Source of the DNA: an uncultured Oscillospiraceae bacterium
GTDB lineage: Bacteria; Bacillota; Clostridia; Oscillospirales; Oscillospiraceae
Length of the DNA stretch: 62,453 bases
Direction: 5' to 3'
Assembly: GCA_944387775.1 (NCBI GenBank)
Contig: CALXGE010000001.1
Span: 1-62,453, forward strand
The notes beneath the pieces are model-generated. The model saw nothing but the letters and a program-made list of their open reading frames with translations, was not told the DNA's origin and did not search any database. The first letter of the stretch is position 1. Each line of letters starts with the position of its first letter. Shown one piece after another: positions 48,320 through 57,638 of the stretch. The translations under genes were made by a program, and so were the position numbers.

Positions 48320-49053
48320 GCGTCCTTCTCCTCCAACCAGTAGTTTCCCCATGCCTTCTTGAAGTCCGTCGCTGCTGTCCGTGGCAATGTCACAGTCTGG
48401 CCACTGTCCAAAAGGGCTGCCTGGCCGCTGACCCCGGTCACGTGCTGAAAATTCAGTACAAAACTGGCCCCGCACGGGTAAAAGCGCCGGTCAGCCAGAA
48501 GTGGGGCGGTAATTTCTCGAAAGGGGACCCGAATGGTTTGAGAATCCACAGTGCCATCGGTACAAAAATAGCGCACACAGCGACCTACCCGCTCCACATA
48601 GCGGATATGTTCCAGCAGGATGCGCCTGGGACCGTCCGCTGTGGTTACTACAATGGCGCTGCTTCGCCGCCGAATTAGCTTCTTTACCGCCCCGTCCAGT
48701 ACCTCAAACAGTTTCATATCTTCCACCGGTTTGAGCAGATAGAAAAAGGCCCGAACATCATAGCTGTCGGCGGCAAAGTCGTTGGAACTGGTAAGATAGA
48801 CAATCTCGCCGCCATCACCCAGCGCCCGCAGGCGTCGACCGGTGTCGATTCCGCTCAGCTCCGGCATGAGGATGTCCAACACATAAAGGTCAAAGCCTTC
48901 GCCGCTCTCTGCCCGTATCAGTAGTTCACCGCCGCTCCGGAACAGTTCTGTATGCCCGTGTAAGTGGGGACGGGACTGGAGATAGGAATTCACTAGCGCC
49001 GCTGTCTCATGGAGTTGTTTTTCTTCGTCATCACATATGGCGATCCGCAGCAT
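48313..49053 (-). CDS. LytTR-family response regulator
   Basis: 246 aa with a receiver domain (MLRIAICDDE...DILMP) and a C-terminal LytTR domain. Confidence 0.85.
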   Translation of the reverse strand: MLRIAICDDEEKQLHETAALVNSYLQSRPHLHGHTELFRSGGELLIRAESGEGFDLYVLDILMPELSGIDTGRRLRALGDGGEIVYLTSSNDFAADSYDVRAFFYLLKPVEDMKLFEVLDGAVKKLIRRRSSAIVVTTADGPRRILLEHIRYVERVGRCVRYFCTDGTVDSQTIRVPFREITAPLLADRRFYPCGASFVLNFQHVTGVSGQAALLDSGQTVTLPRTAATDFKKAWGNYWLEEKDAW

Positions 49054-49216
49054 AGACAGTTTTGCCTCCTCAAAAGACTACAAATTTTACGCAGAAAATA
49101 TCAAATTCTGAACAACTACTTCCCAATTTCACAGTGATTTGTACAATGAAAATAGCATGGAAGCAAAAAACCGTCAAGAGGGCTGCCAAAAGGAGGCCTG
49201 ACTATGTGGTACGGCT

Positions 49217-50437
49217 GTGAAATATATTGTGATCGGTGGAAATTTGATGTGTAGAATTCAAAACTTCTTTGAACATAAATTGCTGCCGTTCTGGAAAATA
49301 CCAGATTATATTTCCCAGGAATTTATACAGGAATCGGTGCGGAAAAACTACTTCTCTTTCCGGATTATCTGCGCAATTATTTTTGCGGCAGAGTCATATA
49401 ACATTCTCAGAGTGTTGTTTTGGTCGCGTTCTGGTCTGGGAACACAGAACAATAGAATCTATTTTTCCATGTATTGTATCCTGTTCCTCATTGCGGTCCT
49501 GTGGCTGGTGCTGAAACGTCCGCTGCAGCGTACCTCAATACGCTTTCAGTGGGCTGCACAGCATGTGGCAACCGGGCTGATTTTTCTATGGCACGTGGGC
49601 CTTAACACTTATGATTTGTACCGAGACCCTGCTGCAGGAACTACAGTGCTGACAACGGCACTGCTGGGGTTGGCTTTGCTGATCCAGTCACCGCCCTGGT
49701 ACAGCGCAGTACGGTTTGTTGTGGATTATTTGCTGTTCTGGGCCACTATGGCCCCGCTTCTTGATTCGGGTGACCGGCTTAACCTAACCATTACCTTTGT
49801 AGTAGCTTTGACTGTCTCGTTGGCTCATGCCTATCACACCTCTGTTATGCTAAAGCAGCAGAAACAGATTACCGAGATCAATACCAAATTGCATAAATTG
49901 GTTCATATGGATTCTCTGACAGGGCTGCTCAACAAGGCGACATTGGAGTGTTGGGCGGAGCAGATACTTCTCAGCCTGGAGCACACGGGAAAATCCGGTG
50001 GGCTGACGCTGTTCCTTTTGGATTTGGATGAATTCAAAAGAATCAATGACCGCTACGGACATCCCTGCGGAGACCAGGTGCTGGTGGCGACAGCAGAAGC
50101 TATGCGCCTTGCCTTCCCGGACGCGACAGGCCTGGGACGGATCGGCGGGGATGAATTTGCGGTTCTCTATGATCGTCCTGTAACAGAGACGCAGGCCATA
50201 ATCCTGAGCCAAGGATTGATGGAGCGATTAGGGAATATCCAATGGCAGGAACAGCCATTGGGAGTCCAATGCAGTATAGGCGTGTGCATCTGTACACAGC
50301 CCCAATATACATACCAGCAATTGTATACGGAAACAGATCGGATGCTGTATCGGGCCAAGGAAACCGGCAGAGGCAGGTGCTGTGTCCGGCAGCTGGAACA
50401 CCCGGAAAATAAACGATTCGAGGAGACTCTAGTGTGA
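49217..50437 (+). CDS. Membrane-anchored GGDEF diguanylate cyclase
   Basis: About 6 N-terminal TM segments are followed by FLLDLDEFKRINDRYGH and RIGGDEFAVLY. The exact start is uncertain (49217 or 49247). Confidence 0.8.
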   Translation: MKYIVIGGNLMCRIQNFFEHKLLPFWKIPDYISQEFIQESVRKNYFSFRIICAIIFAAESYNILRVLFWSRSGLGTQNNRIYFSMYCILFLIAVLWLVLKRPLQRTSIRFQWAAQHVATGLIFLWHVGLNTYDLYRDPAAGTTVLTTALLGLALLIQSPPWYSAVRFVVDYLLFWATMAPLLDSGDRLNLTITFVVALTVSLAHAYHTSVMLKQQKQITEINTKLHKLVHMDSLTGLLNKATLECWAEQILLSLEHTGKSGGLTLFLLDLDEFKRINDRYGHPCGDQVLVATAEAMRLAFPDATGLGRIGGDEFAVLYDRPVTETQAIILSQGLMERLGNIQWQEQPLGVQCSIGVCICTQPQYTYQQLYTETDRMLYRAKETGRGRCCVRQLEHPENKRFEETLV

Positions 50438-50530
50438 AAAAACGGCCTGAGAATGTGGCTGGTTTCCCCTGAGAATATGGGGCTAAAATATGAGATCAGA
50501 CTGGCTGCGTTTTAGACGATTGAGAACGTG

Positions 50531-50564
50531 GGCCCGCCGCAGGATTTCCTGCGGCGGGCCTTTT
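50531..50564 (+). terminator. Rho-independent terminator
   Basis: GGCCCGCCGCAGGA-TTTCC-TGCGGCGGGCC followed by TTTT. Confidence 0.65.
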
Positions 50565-50643
50565 CGTTAAAGATGGTTGTCGCTGTGCTCTGAGAGCATG
50601 CCTGCACGCAAGATCCTGGCGCATGGTGCTCCGCGATGTGGTG

Positions 50644-51543
50644 TTAAGTTTCTGCCTCTGAGAGCATCATTTGCTTCAACGCCGCGGCTGCAGCGCTGAG
50701 GCATTTTGTTTTGTCTTCCAGCAGGACGATGGCTCTTTCCGCCTTCAATCCAATCACTTCGATGGGGACGATTGTTTTCTGCTCCAGATCTCGCTTTGCC
50801 ATGAATTCCGGTACAAAACCAATACCAAGTCCTGCTTTGATCATCGGCAGAATCTGATCGGACGTGGCCAGATCAATATCCGGCTGCCACTCCAGACCAT
50901 AGGGGAGGAACAGGTGGGAGTAGAAATCGTAGGTTTTTGCATGCCGTCCCAGACTGACGATGGGATAAGAAAACACTTCACTTGGAGTGATCCGGCGCTT
51001 TTGGGAGAAATCAGAGGAAGCTGCTGCGACAAGAACCTCTTCAAAAGTCAAAAGGTGGGTACTCTGTATATCAGGAAGGAAATCAATGGGGGAGGTGACC
51101 ACGGCCAGGTCCAGCAACCCCTTATGCAAAGCCGCCGCTGTGCTGGAAGTAGATCCGTTGGTAATGTAAAGGCGGATGCCCGGGTATGCTGCCCTGAATT
51201 TTGCCAGCACATCCAGCAGGACGCCGTATAGTGCGGTTTCTGTAGCCCCAATGCGAACGGTGCCAGTGCGCATGCTCCCGACGCCGGACAGCTCGTTTTC
51301 CGCCTCTCGCAGCTGGGAGTAGGCGATTTGCACGTGGGCGTACAGCTTCTCGCCCTCCGGTGTGAGTGTGATGCCCTTGTTGGAGCGCGTCATCAGCCGG
51401 CAGCCAAGCTGGCTCTCCAGGTTATTCATATATTTGGTGATGTTTGGCTGGTTGCTGCGCAGGATCTCCGCGGCGTGGGAGATGCTGCCGTACTTCGCCA
51501 CATAATAAAAGATCCTATAATAGTCATAGGAGACCTTATCCAT
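50644..51543 (-). CDS. LysR-family transcriptional regulator
   Basis: 299 aa with an N-terminal HTH (YYRIFYYVAKYGSISHAAEILRSNQPNITKYMNNLE). It is divergent from the MATE gene. Confidence 0.85.
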   Translation of the reverse strand: MDKVSYDYYRIFYYVAKYGSISHAAEILRSNQPNITKYMNNLESQLGCRLMTRSNKGITLTPEGEKLYAHVQIAYSQLREAENELSGVGSMRTGTVRIGATETALYGVLLDVLAKFRAAYPGIRLYITNGSTSSTAAALHKGLLDLAVVTSPIDFLPDIQSTHLLTFEEVLVAAASSDFSQKRRITPSEVFSYPIVSLGRHAKTYDFYSHLFLPYGLEWQPDIDLATSDQILPMIKAGLGIGFVPEFMAKRDLEQKTIVPIEVIGLKAERAIVLLEDKTKCLSAAAAALKQMMLSEAET

Positions 51544-51763
51544 GTGATTCCTCCATACACAATCAATATAGTGACTATGTAATATATACTTTTTACATGA
51601 GGGTGAAATGATTATATTCTATGCGTGTGGAAAAGTCTATACGAGGAGGGTGCGGGTATGGAAAATTTTGCGATCTGCATTGGCCGTGAATATGGCAGCG
51701 GCATAGAAGAATGTGTGGACCTGATCAGAGGTAGTCTGTCCTACAGGAAGGTGGTGTGTTCCC

Positions 51764-53155
51764 ATGAATAAGGACCTGACTGTTGGGAAGCCATCCACGG
51801 TCCTGTGGCAATTCTGTCTTCCGCTGTTTGGAAGCATCATCTTCCAGCAGATCTACAATATCGCCGACAGCCTTGTTGCCGGGAAATTTGTAGGGGAGGA
51901 TGCCCTTGCCGCAGTGGGCAACAGCTATGAGATCACGTTGATCTTCATTGCCTTTGCTTTTGGGTGCAATATCGGCTGTTCCGTGGTCGTATCGCAGCTC
52001 TTTGGCGCCAGGCAGTACGGGGAAATGAAGACGGCGGTCAGAACAGCGATGCTTGGGAGTGCTGCGCTGTGCCTTGTGCTGATGGCGGCCGGTATCTTTG
52101 GCAGCGGGACGCTTCTCACATTGATCCGTACACCGGATAATATTTTTTCCGATTCCAAGCTGTACCTGGACATTTATGTGTGGGGACTTCCGTTTGTCTT
52201 CTTTTACAACATCTCGACGGGAATTTTCTCAGCCCTTGGCGACTCCAAGACGCCGTTCTGGTTCCTCGCTGCATCCTCCACGGCCAACATCTTTGTCGAT
52301 ATCCTCTTTGTCAAGGTATTTGGTATGGGTGTTGCGGGCGTTGCATGGGCGACGTTCCTTTGCCAGGGAATCAGCTGCCTTCTGGCACTGCTGTTCGTGC
52401 TGAGACGTCTGCAAAGCATTCCCACTGACGAGAAAGGGGAGTTTTTCTCCTTCGCGATGCTGAAAAACATTGCCGTCATAGCGGTTCCGAGTATCATGCA
52501 GCAGAGTTTTATATCCGTAGGAAATATCCTGATCCAAAGTGTCATCAATGGGTTTGGCTCCAGCGTGGTGGCGGGGTACTCTGCAGCAATTAAGCTGAAC
52601 AACTTGGTAATCACTTCATTTACAACACTGGGGAACGGAATCTCCAATTATACAGCCCAGAATCTTGGTGCCGGCAAGCTCCCGAGAATACGGGAGGGGT
52701 TCCGTGCCGGTATGAAAATGGTATGGCTACTCTGTGTCCCGCTGTTCCTGCTGTACATGTTCTGCGGCCAGACCCTGGTGACATTTTTCATGGACGAACC
52801 TTCCACGCAAGCTCTGCGGACTGGGATTGAAATTTTGAGGATTCTTTCCCCATTCTACTTTGTTATTTCGGTGAAGCTGGTGGCAGATGGTATTCTGCGC
52901 GGCACCGGAAGGATGAAGCAGTTCATGGTGGCAACCTTTACAGACCTGGTATTGCGCGTGCTCCTTGCATTTCTTCTTCCTCAAACGGCGCTGGGCTCCT
53001 TGGGTATCTGGTGTGCGTGGCCCATCGGTTGGTCGATTGCCTGTGTCTGCTCCGTGGCCTTTTACAAAAAAGGGGAGTGGGCAAAGGCAGATGTCGATGG
53101 TGTGCACGGTACCTCCTGCCGGAGTCTCGACAGAGCGAGTGCTTCAGGCAGGTAA
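51764..53155 (+). CDS. MATE-family efflux transporter
   Basis: 463 aa with 12 TM segments and an N-terminal ...LPLFGSIIFQQIYNIADSLVAGKFVGEDALAAVG... MATE signature. Confidence 0.85.
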   Translation: MNKDLTVGKPSTVLWQFCLPLFGSIIFQQIYNIADSLVAGKFVGEDALAAVGNSYEITLIFIAFAFGCNIGCSVVVSQLFGARQYGEMKTAVRTAMLGSAALCLVLMAAGIFGSGTLLTLIRTPDNIFSDSKLYLDIYVWGLPFVFFYNISTGIFSALGDSKTPFWFLAASSTANIFVDILFVKVFGMGVAGVAWATFLCQGISCLLALLFVLRRLQSIPTDEKGEFFSFAMLKNIAVIAVPSIMQQSFISVGNILIQSVINGFGSSVVAGYSAAIKLNNLVITSFTTLGNGISNYTAQNLGAGKLPRIREGFRAGMKMVWLLCVPLFLLYMFCGQTLVTFFMDEPSTQALRTGIEILRILSPFYFVISVKLVADGILRGTGRMKQFMVATFTDLVLRVLLAFLLPQTALGSLGIWCAWPIGWSIACVCSVAFYKKGEWAKADVDGVHGTSCRSLDRASASGR

Positions 53156-53314
53156 GACAGACCACATGTTATGCCGGAGCAATTTTGATGATAGATAGTG
53201 TTCTGATAAAGAGAGTCTCGTGTTACACATAAAGTAGCACGAGACTCTCCTCGTCAGACGGCATTCGTAAATACAACAATGCGTGCTTGGAGAGGCTGAA
53301 TGAAGCGCGCAATA

Positions 53315-53352
53315 AAACGTCCCCAGCTGTAATTTTGCAGCTGGGGACGTTT
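53315..53352 (-). terminator. Terminator after grdA
   Basis: The minus strand reads AAACGTCCCCAGCTG-CAAAATTA-CAGCTGGGGACGTTT followed by TATT. Confidence 0.6.
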
Positions 53353-53399
53353 CACTTCCCCTCTCTCCACCGAAACTTCCTCCGGCAGGGAAGTACAAA

Positions 53400-53870
53400 T
53401 TAATATTTGCAGAACTGCTCGCGAATAGAGGTCATTTCCTGGACGATATCATCTACATCCAGAACCATTTCCATCATGCCTACCTGCTCATCATAGATGG
53501 CAGAATCAAATTCGCCTTTGATTTCCGGCTCACAGACATGATATACCTTGAGTCCCAACGATACTCCTGTCAACGGACCTGCATAGGTGGGGTCACCATT
53601 GGTGACCGTCTCAGCAGCAAGACCGGAAGCTTCTCCCTCAGCAGCCCCCAGGAGAACGACGACGTTCTCAGGGCCGTATTGCTCGGAAAATTCCTTGACC
53701 CGCTTCTGATTTTCCAGATCCATTGCACCGGCGGCCGTTCAGACGAAGCATTCGGTAGAGGAAAATACAACCTCTGCTCCGGCGCTCTCCGCACAGGCCT
53801 CAATGGCCTGACCGGGGATACCGTCCCGGTCGCCGATAATGATTACCTTCTTGCCTTTCAGGATACCCAT
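53400..53870 (-). CDS. grdA: Glycine/sarcosine/betaine reductase complex selenoprotein A (in-frame UGA = Sec44)
   Basis: Reading through TGA at 53739-53741 joins [61 protein letters not shown]... to ORF 53400..53723. This gives 156 aa with the GrdA CFVU(Sec)TAAG active site. A ggaggcgcc RBS lies upstream. Confidence 0.85.
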
Positions 53871-53973
53871 ATAGGCGCCTCCTTTCTTTTCTAATATGGA
53901 TTATGCTAAAATTCCCTGGCCGGGCAGGGCGGCTATATCACCCCACCCAGCCGGGATGCGGGGATGCGATACG

Positions 53974-54939
53974 TTATATTCTGGTCTTGAACACGGTCTG
54001 CTCGCTGACCGGTGTGGTCAGAGCCTGCAGCGCCACACCCACTCTGTGGTAGCGCAGCTTCCACTGCTCCTCCCGGGGGCTGTTGGGATCGCCCAGGGGG
54101 TAGGGGATAGAGATGGTGGGGACAATACGGTTGGCGCCCACCGTTGTGGAGACCGGGATCAGGTTACACATATGAACCACCGGGAACCCGGCCTTCTCAA
54201 ACTCTTTTACCATCGTTGCACCGCAACGCGTGCAGGTACCTCAGGTGGAGCCCATGATAATGGCGTCTACCTTGTCCTTTTTGAAATAGGGGATCATCTC
54301 CTGGGCCATGCGCCGGGCCTCCGCCTCGGTGGTGCCGGTACCGACGGTGCTGTAGAAGAAGTTATGGAGCCGGCCGATAGGATCGAAAACGTACTCCTCT
54401 GTGTCCTCGGCAGGGAGGTCTTTGACGATCTTCCCCAGGTACTCTGCCAGCCGGTGGCCCGCCCAGCGGAGGGCGTGGTTGCACTTCTGCTGTTCATGGC
54501 GCTCAAACTCCTCGTCGGTATCGCCCACCAGGCAGATATTGACCAGCTTGGACCAGTAGGTGTGCTTGGCGCCCTCGCTGCCCATGTCGATAACGCCGTC
54601 GCCAAAGGAGCCCCAGTTCTTAGCTACCACGGTGACGCAGCAGCCCTTAAGGGCCTTTAGCTCGCCGTCTCCCGCAGGGACCACGTCATCGGTGACCCCG
54701 GGGAACAGGCAGCGGCCGTCCATACGGCAGCGGGGCTCAATGGTCTCGATGACCGGCACAATTCTAGTGTCATCGCCGGGCCTGGCAATGACGATGTCCA
54801 GGTCGGTGATGTGTTCGTCGCAATCTTTCAGATAGGCGACAGCGGCATCCTTGTTAATGTAGAGGACGCCGTCCTCGAAAGCGTCCCGCTGTCCCAGCTG
54901 GACGTCTTTGACATACAGATTTCCGATATTCAGTTTCAT
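53974..54939 (-). CDS. UGA-containing chimeric selenoprotein: GrdE/GrdI-like N-terminus joined to a GrdB/GrdH-like Sec C-terminus
   Basis: ORFs 54241..54951 and 53974..54213 share one frame, separated by TGA (54241-54243) and 9 codons. Read-through gives ...AIIMGST-U-GTCTRCGATMVKEFEKAGFPVVH..., about 321 aa in total. The start is placed at ATG MKLNIGN (54939). Confidence 0.7.
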
Positions 54940-55037
54940 CTGATGTACCACTCCTCACTTTCTGTTCGTACATTTTTTGAAAATACAGAAGGCGCGTACA
55001 GAGTAGTGGATGAGCTGTCCACCTTTAACCAATCGCG

Positions 55038-55066
55038 ATTATAATATGTTCAAAACGGATTGTCAA
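55038..55066 (-). promoter_or_regulatory. Consensus sigma-70 promoter for the selenoprotein genes, with an overlapping AATCGCGATT palindrome
   Basis: The minus strand reads TTGACA, a 17-nt spacer, then TATAAT, followed directly by CGCGATTGG. The palindrome AATCGCGATT spans 55031-55040. Confidence 0.55.
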
Positions 55067-55118
55067 GAGCGCTTTAAAAATTTAGGGCAGGGAGGAGAAA
55101 GATGGGCCTGGAAAGCTA

Positions 55119-55155
55119 AAAACAGCGGTACACCTCGTGGTGTACCGCTGTTTGC
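55119..55155 (-). terminator. Terminator after the TetR gene
   Basis: AAACAGCGGTACACC-nnn-GGTGTACCGCTGTTT with a T-run on the minus strand. Confidence 0.55.
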
Positions 55156-55163
55156 TGCAGAAG

Positions 55164-55823
55164 TTATTTGGAGTTTACTGTCAGAAATTCTATTGCCGCC
55201 AACATACGCTCTGTCTGCTGCTGATTGGCCAGGGTCCCCGCCTGGGTGCCACACTCCTCCAGCAGCTTCCGAAAATAGCATATGGTCAGGTCATTGATAA
55301 GGGATAGATGCTCTGCAGGGAAGAAACCCTCCTGGGCCAGGGGGGCCAACACCTTCTGGTTACGGGTTACCAGATCACCCGCCAGCAGCATTTCCCGCAC
55401 AGGGCCGTCTGTGACTGCAAGCTGACTGGGATAGACCTCGTAGTACCGCAGCACCGTTTCCTCTAAAGGTTTGCTGTGGGGGCGGAAAAACAGGTGATTA
55501 AATATCAATGGATGGGAAAAGGCGTGAAGGCAGAAGACTTTCCAGGTGTGCAGGTAGATCTCATAGGCACTTTGCAGCTGGGGAATATCTGCCGCCAGTG
55601 TGCGGCAGTAGTTCTCCAGGTAGCTCATGCTGGCCAGGGTGATCAGCTCGTCTGCGTCGTCAAAATACAGGTACAGAGTAGCACTGTTAAGTCCGGCGGT
55701 TTGGGCCACCTTCCGGATGGATACCTGCTGGATGCCTTCCAGATCAATGATCTCCCGGGTGCAGCGGATAAAGGTTGCAGTGATTTTATTGCGCTCTTGT
55801 GGTGTATATCGGTTTCTTCCCAT
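55164..55823 (-). CDS. TetR/AcrR-family transcriptional regulator
   Basis: 219 aa with an N-terminal HTH ...IIDLEGIQQVSIRKVAQTAGLNSATLYLYFDDADEL. The start is at MGRNRY; the upstream ORF-track extension is AT-rich, low-complexity sequence. Confidence 0.8.
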   Translation of the reverse strand: MGRNRYTPQERNKITATFIRCTREIIDLEGIQQVSIRKVAQTAGLNSATLYLYFDDADELITLASMSYLENYCRTLAADIPQLQSAYEIYLHTWKVFCLHAFSHPLIFNHLFFRPHSKPLEETVLRYYEVYPSQLAVTDGPVREMLLAGDLVTRNQKVLAPLAQEGFFPAEHLSLINDLTICYFRKLLEECGTQAGTLANQQQTERMLAAIEFLTVNSK

Positions 55824-55957
55824 ATTATGTAGGCCTCTCATAAAAGGGGAGGCCTTCCTCCTCTGAATGGATCTGCTGGTTACCTTTATAATATAGATTA
55901 TAATAAAAATCAAGATTAATTTTTTTATAGTTATTTTATATAAACTATTAATTTGGT

Positions 55958-56000
55958 TTGACATTTCTCCTTACAAACATATATAATATAATCGCGTTTA
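55958..56000 (+). promoter_or_regulatory. Candidate BCCT promoter with a TATAATCGCGTTT motif
   Basis: TTGACA, an 18-nt spacer, then TATAAT (55982-55987), followed by TATAATCGCGTTTA (55987-56000). This matches the motif at the selenoprotein promoter in 12 of 13 positions. Confidence 0.45.
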
Positions 56001-56069
56001 TGGAAGTGGATGAGCGCTTTTACTCTCGGCTGCCCGCCTTTCAGATAGAATCATGAAAGGAGTGCTTGC

Positions 56070-57488
56070 GTGAGAAGACAAAAAGTCAATATCGTATTTC
56101 TGACGGCGGCGGCACTGGTAGCAGTGACGGCGCTGTGGGGCCTTCTGCGCCCAAAGCAGCTGGAGGCGGCTGCAGGAATCCTGTTTCAGGGCATCACCGG
56201 CGGCTTTGGCTGGTTCTATCCCTTGGCAATGACCCTGTTTACCGGCTTTGCTGTCTGGATTGGTTTTTTCAGCAAATATAAGCACATGCGGCTTGGTCCT
56301 GACGACTCCAGGCCGGAGTACAGCAATACCGCCTGGTTTGCGATGCTGTTTTCCGCCGGCATGGGTGTAGGCTTGGTGTTCTGGAGTGTGGCGGAGCCGC
56401 TGCAATTCTATGTGGAGCCTCTGGGCGCGGAAGGAGGGACCGCGGCGGCTGAGGAGTTTGCCTTTGCCAAAGCGTTCCTTCACTGGGGGATCCATCCCTG
56501 GGCCAACTACGCCGTAATGGCTCTGGCCCTGGCCTATATGCAATATCGGAAAGGTCAGCCATCCCTGATCAGCTCTCTCTTTGTCCCCGTGGTGGGAGAG
56601 AAGCATACCAGAGGTGTCCTTGGTAAGTGTATTGATGTGCTGGCCCTTCTGGCCACTGCCGGCGGAGTGTGCACCACTCTGGGCCTTGGCGTTATGCAGA
56701 TCAACTCCGGTATGAACTTTATTTTCGGCATTCCCATTACCACAGTGCTGGTGGTGGGAACGGTCGTCGTTCTCTCGGTAATTTATGTAGCTACCGCTGC
56801 GGCGGGAGTGGAGAAGGGAAGTGCCCTGGTTTCCAACGCCAATGTGATTATTGCCGCTGCGGTGGTAGTGTTTCTTTTTTTGGCGGGCCCTACAGTGGAC
56901 ATCCTCAACAATCTGATGGAAGGAACTGGCGTTTATCTCTCCCGGTTCATTCACGACAGCTTCGCCCTGGGAGCCTTTGAACACAAAGAGTGGTACGGCA
57001 GCTGGACCATTTACTACTGGGCCTGGTGGATCGCCTGGGCGCCTTTTACCGGCTCCTTTATTGCACGAATCTCCCGAGGCAGAACGGTCAGGGAATTGAT
57101 TGCAGGGGTCATGCTGCTGCCGGCAGCTGCCTCCATGGTATGGTTTGCCGTTTTTGGTACCCTGGGGATGGACCTGGGCCTGGACTTTGCACGTGAGGCT
57201 GTTCAGTCCGCCTCCACAGCACTCTTCACCGTTCTGGTCCAATACCCTCTGGGCAAAATCCTATCTGTGGTTATGCTGGTTCTGGTGTGTACCTTTTTCT
57301 GCGCCAGCGCCACGTCCGCTACCATTGTTCTGGGCATGTACTCAGAGCACGGTACGTTGCATCCCTCTAACCGAAGCAAAGTCATCTGGGGTGTCCTGTT
57401 GGCTGTGCTGACTTTGCCCCTGATGCTCTCCAGCGAAAACGGTCTGGACATGCTCAAGACCCTTTCTATCGTTGTGGGATTTGTTTGA
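56070..57488 (+). CDS. BCCT-family (betaine/carnitine/choline) transporter
   Basis: 472 aa with a GTG start after gaaaggag. It shows BCCT blocks ...RPEYSNTAWFAMLFSAGMGVGLVFWSVAEP... and ...YYWAWWIAWAPFTGSFIARISRGRT.... It ends abruptly at ...LSIVVGFV, so it may be C-terminally short. Confidence 0.85.
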   Translation: MRRQKVNIVFLTAAALVAVTALWGLLRPKQLEAAAGILFQGITGGFGWFYPLAMTLFTGFAVWIGFFSKYKHMRLGPDDSRPEYSNTAWFAMLFSAGMGVGLVFWSVAEPLQFYVEPLGAEGGTAAAEEFAFAKAFLHWGIHPWANYAVMALALAYMQYRKGQPSLISSLFVPVVGEKHTRGVLGKCIDVLALLATAGGVCTTLGLGVMQINSGMNFIFGIPITTVLVVGTVVVLSVIYVATAAAGVEKGSALVSNANVIIAAAVVVFLFLAGPTVDILNNLMEGTGVYLSRFIHDSFALGAFEHKEWYGSWTIYYWAWWIAWAPFTGSFIARISRGRTVRELIAGVMLLPAAASMVWFAVFGTLGMDLGLDFAREAVQSASTALFTVLVQYPLGKILSVVMLVLVCTFFCASATSATIVLGMYSEHGTLHPSNRSKVIWGVLLAVLTLPLMLSSENGLDMLKTLSIVVGFV

Positions 57489-57638
57489 GTCGCCTCTGCC
57501 GCCGAAGACTTACCGACAGGCCGCTACGTGGGTGCTGGAAAAAGGATGGCTGAGGGAAGTACGATATCCGGAAGAAATGGTGCAATAGCAGATTCTTTTC
57601 CTCTGTGGAGGACCGGGAACGTTTCATGGAAATAGCGC

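Noticed and set aside
57489-57638. A possible frameshifted continuation of the BCCT transporter C-terminus after the stop at 57486-57488.
   Set aside because: None of the three downstream frames gives the hydrophobic TM12 continuation expected for the family. Truncation remains possible, but I cannot demonstrate a frameshift from the sequence alone.
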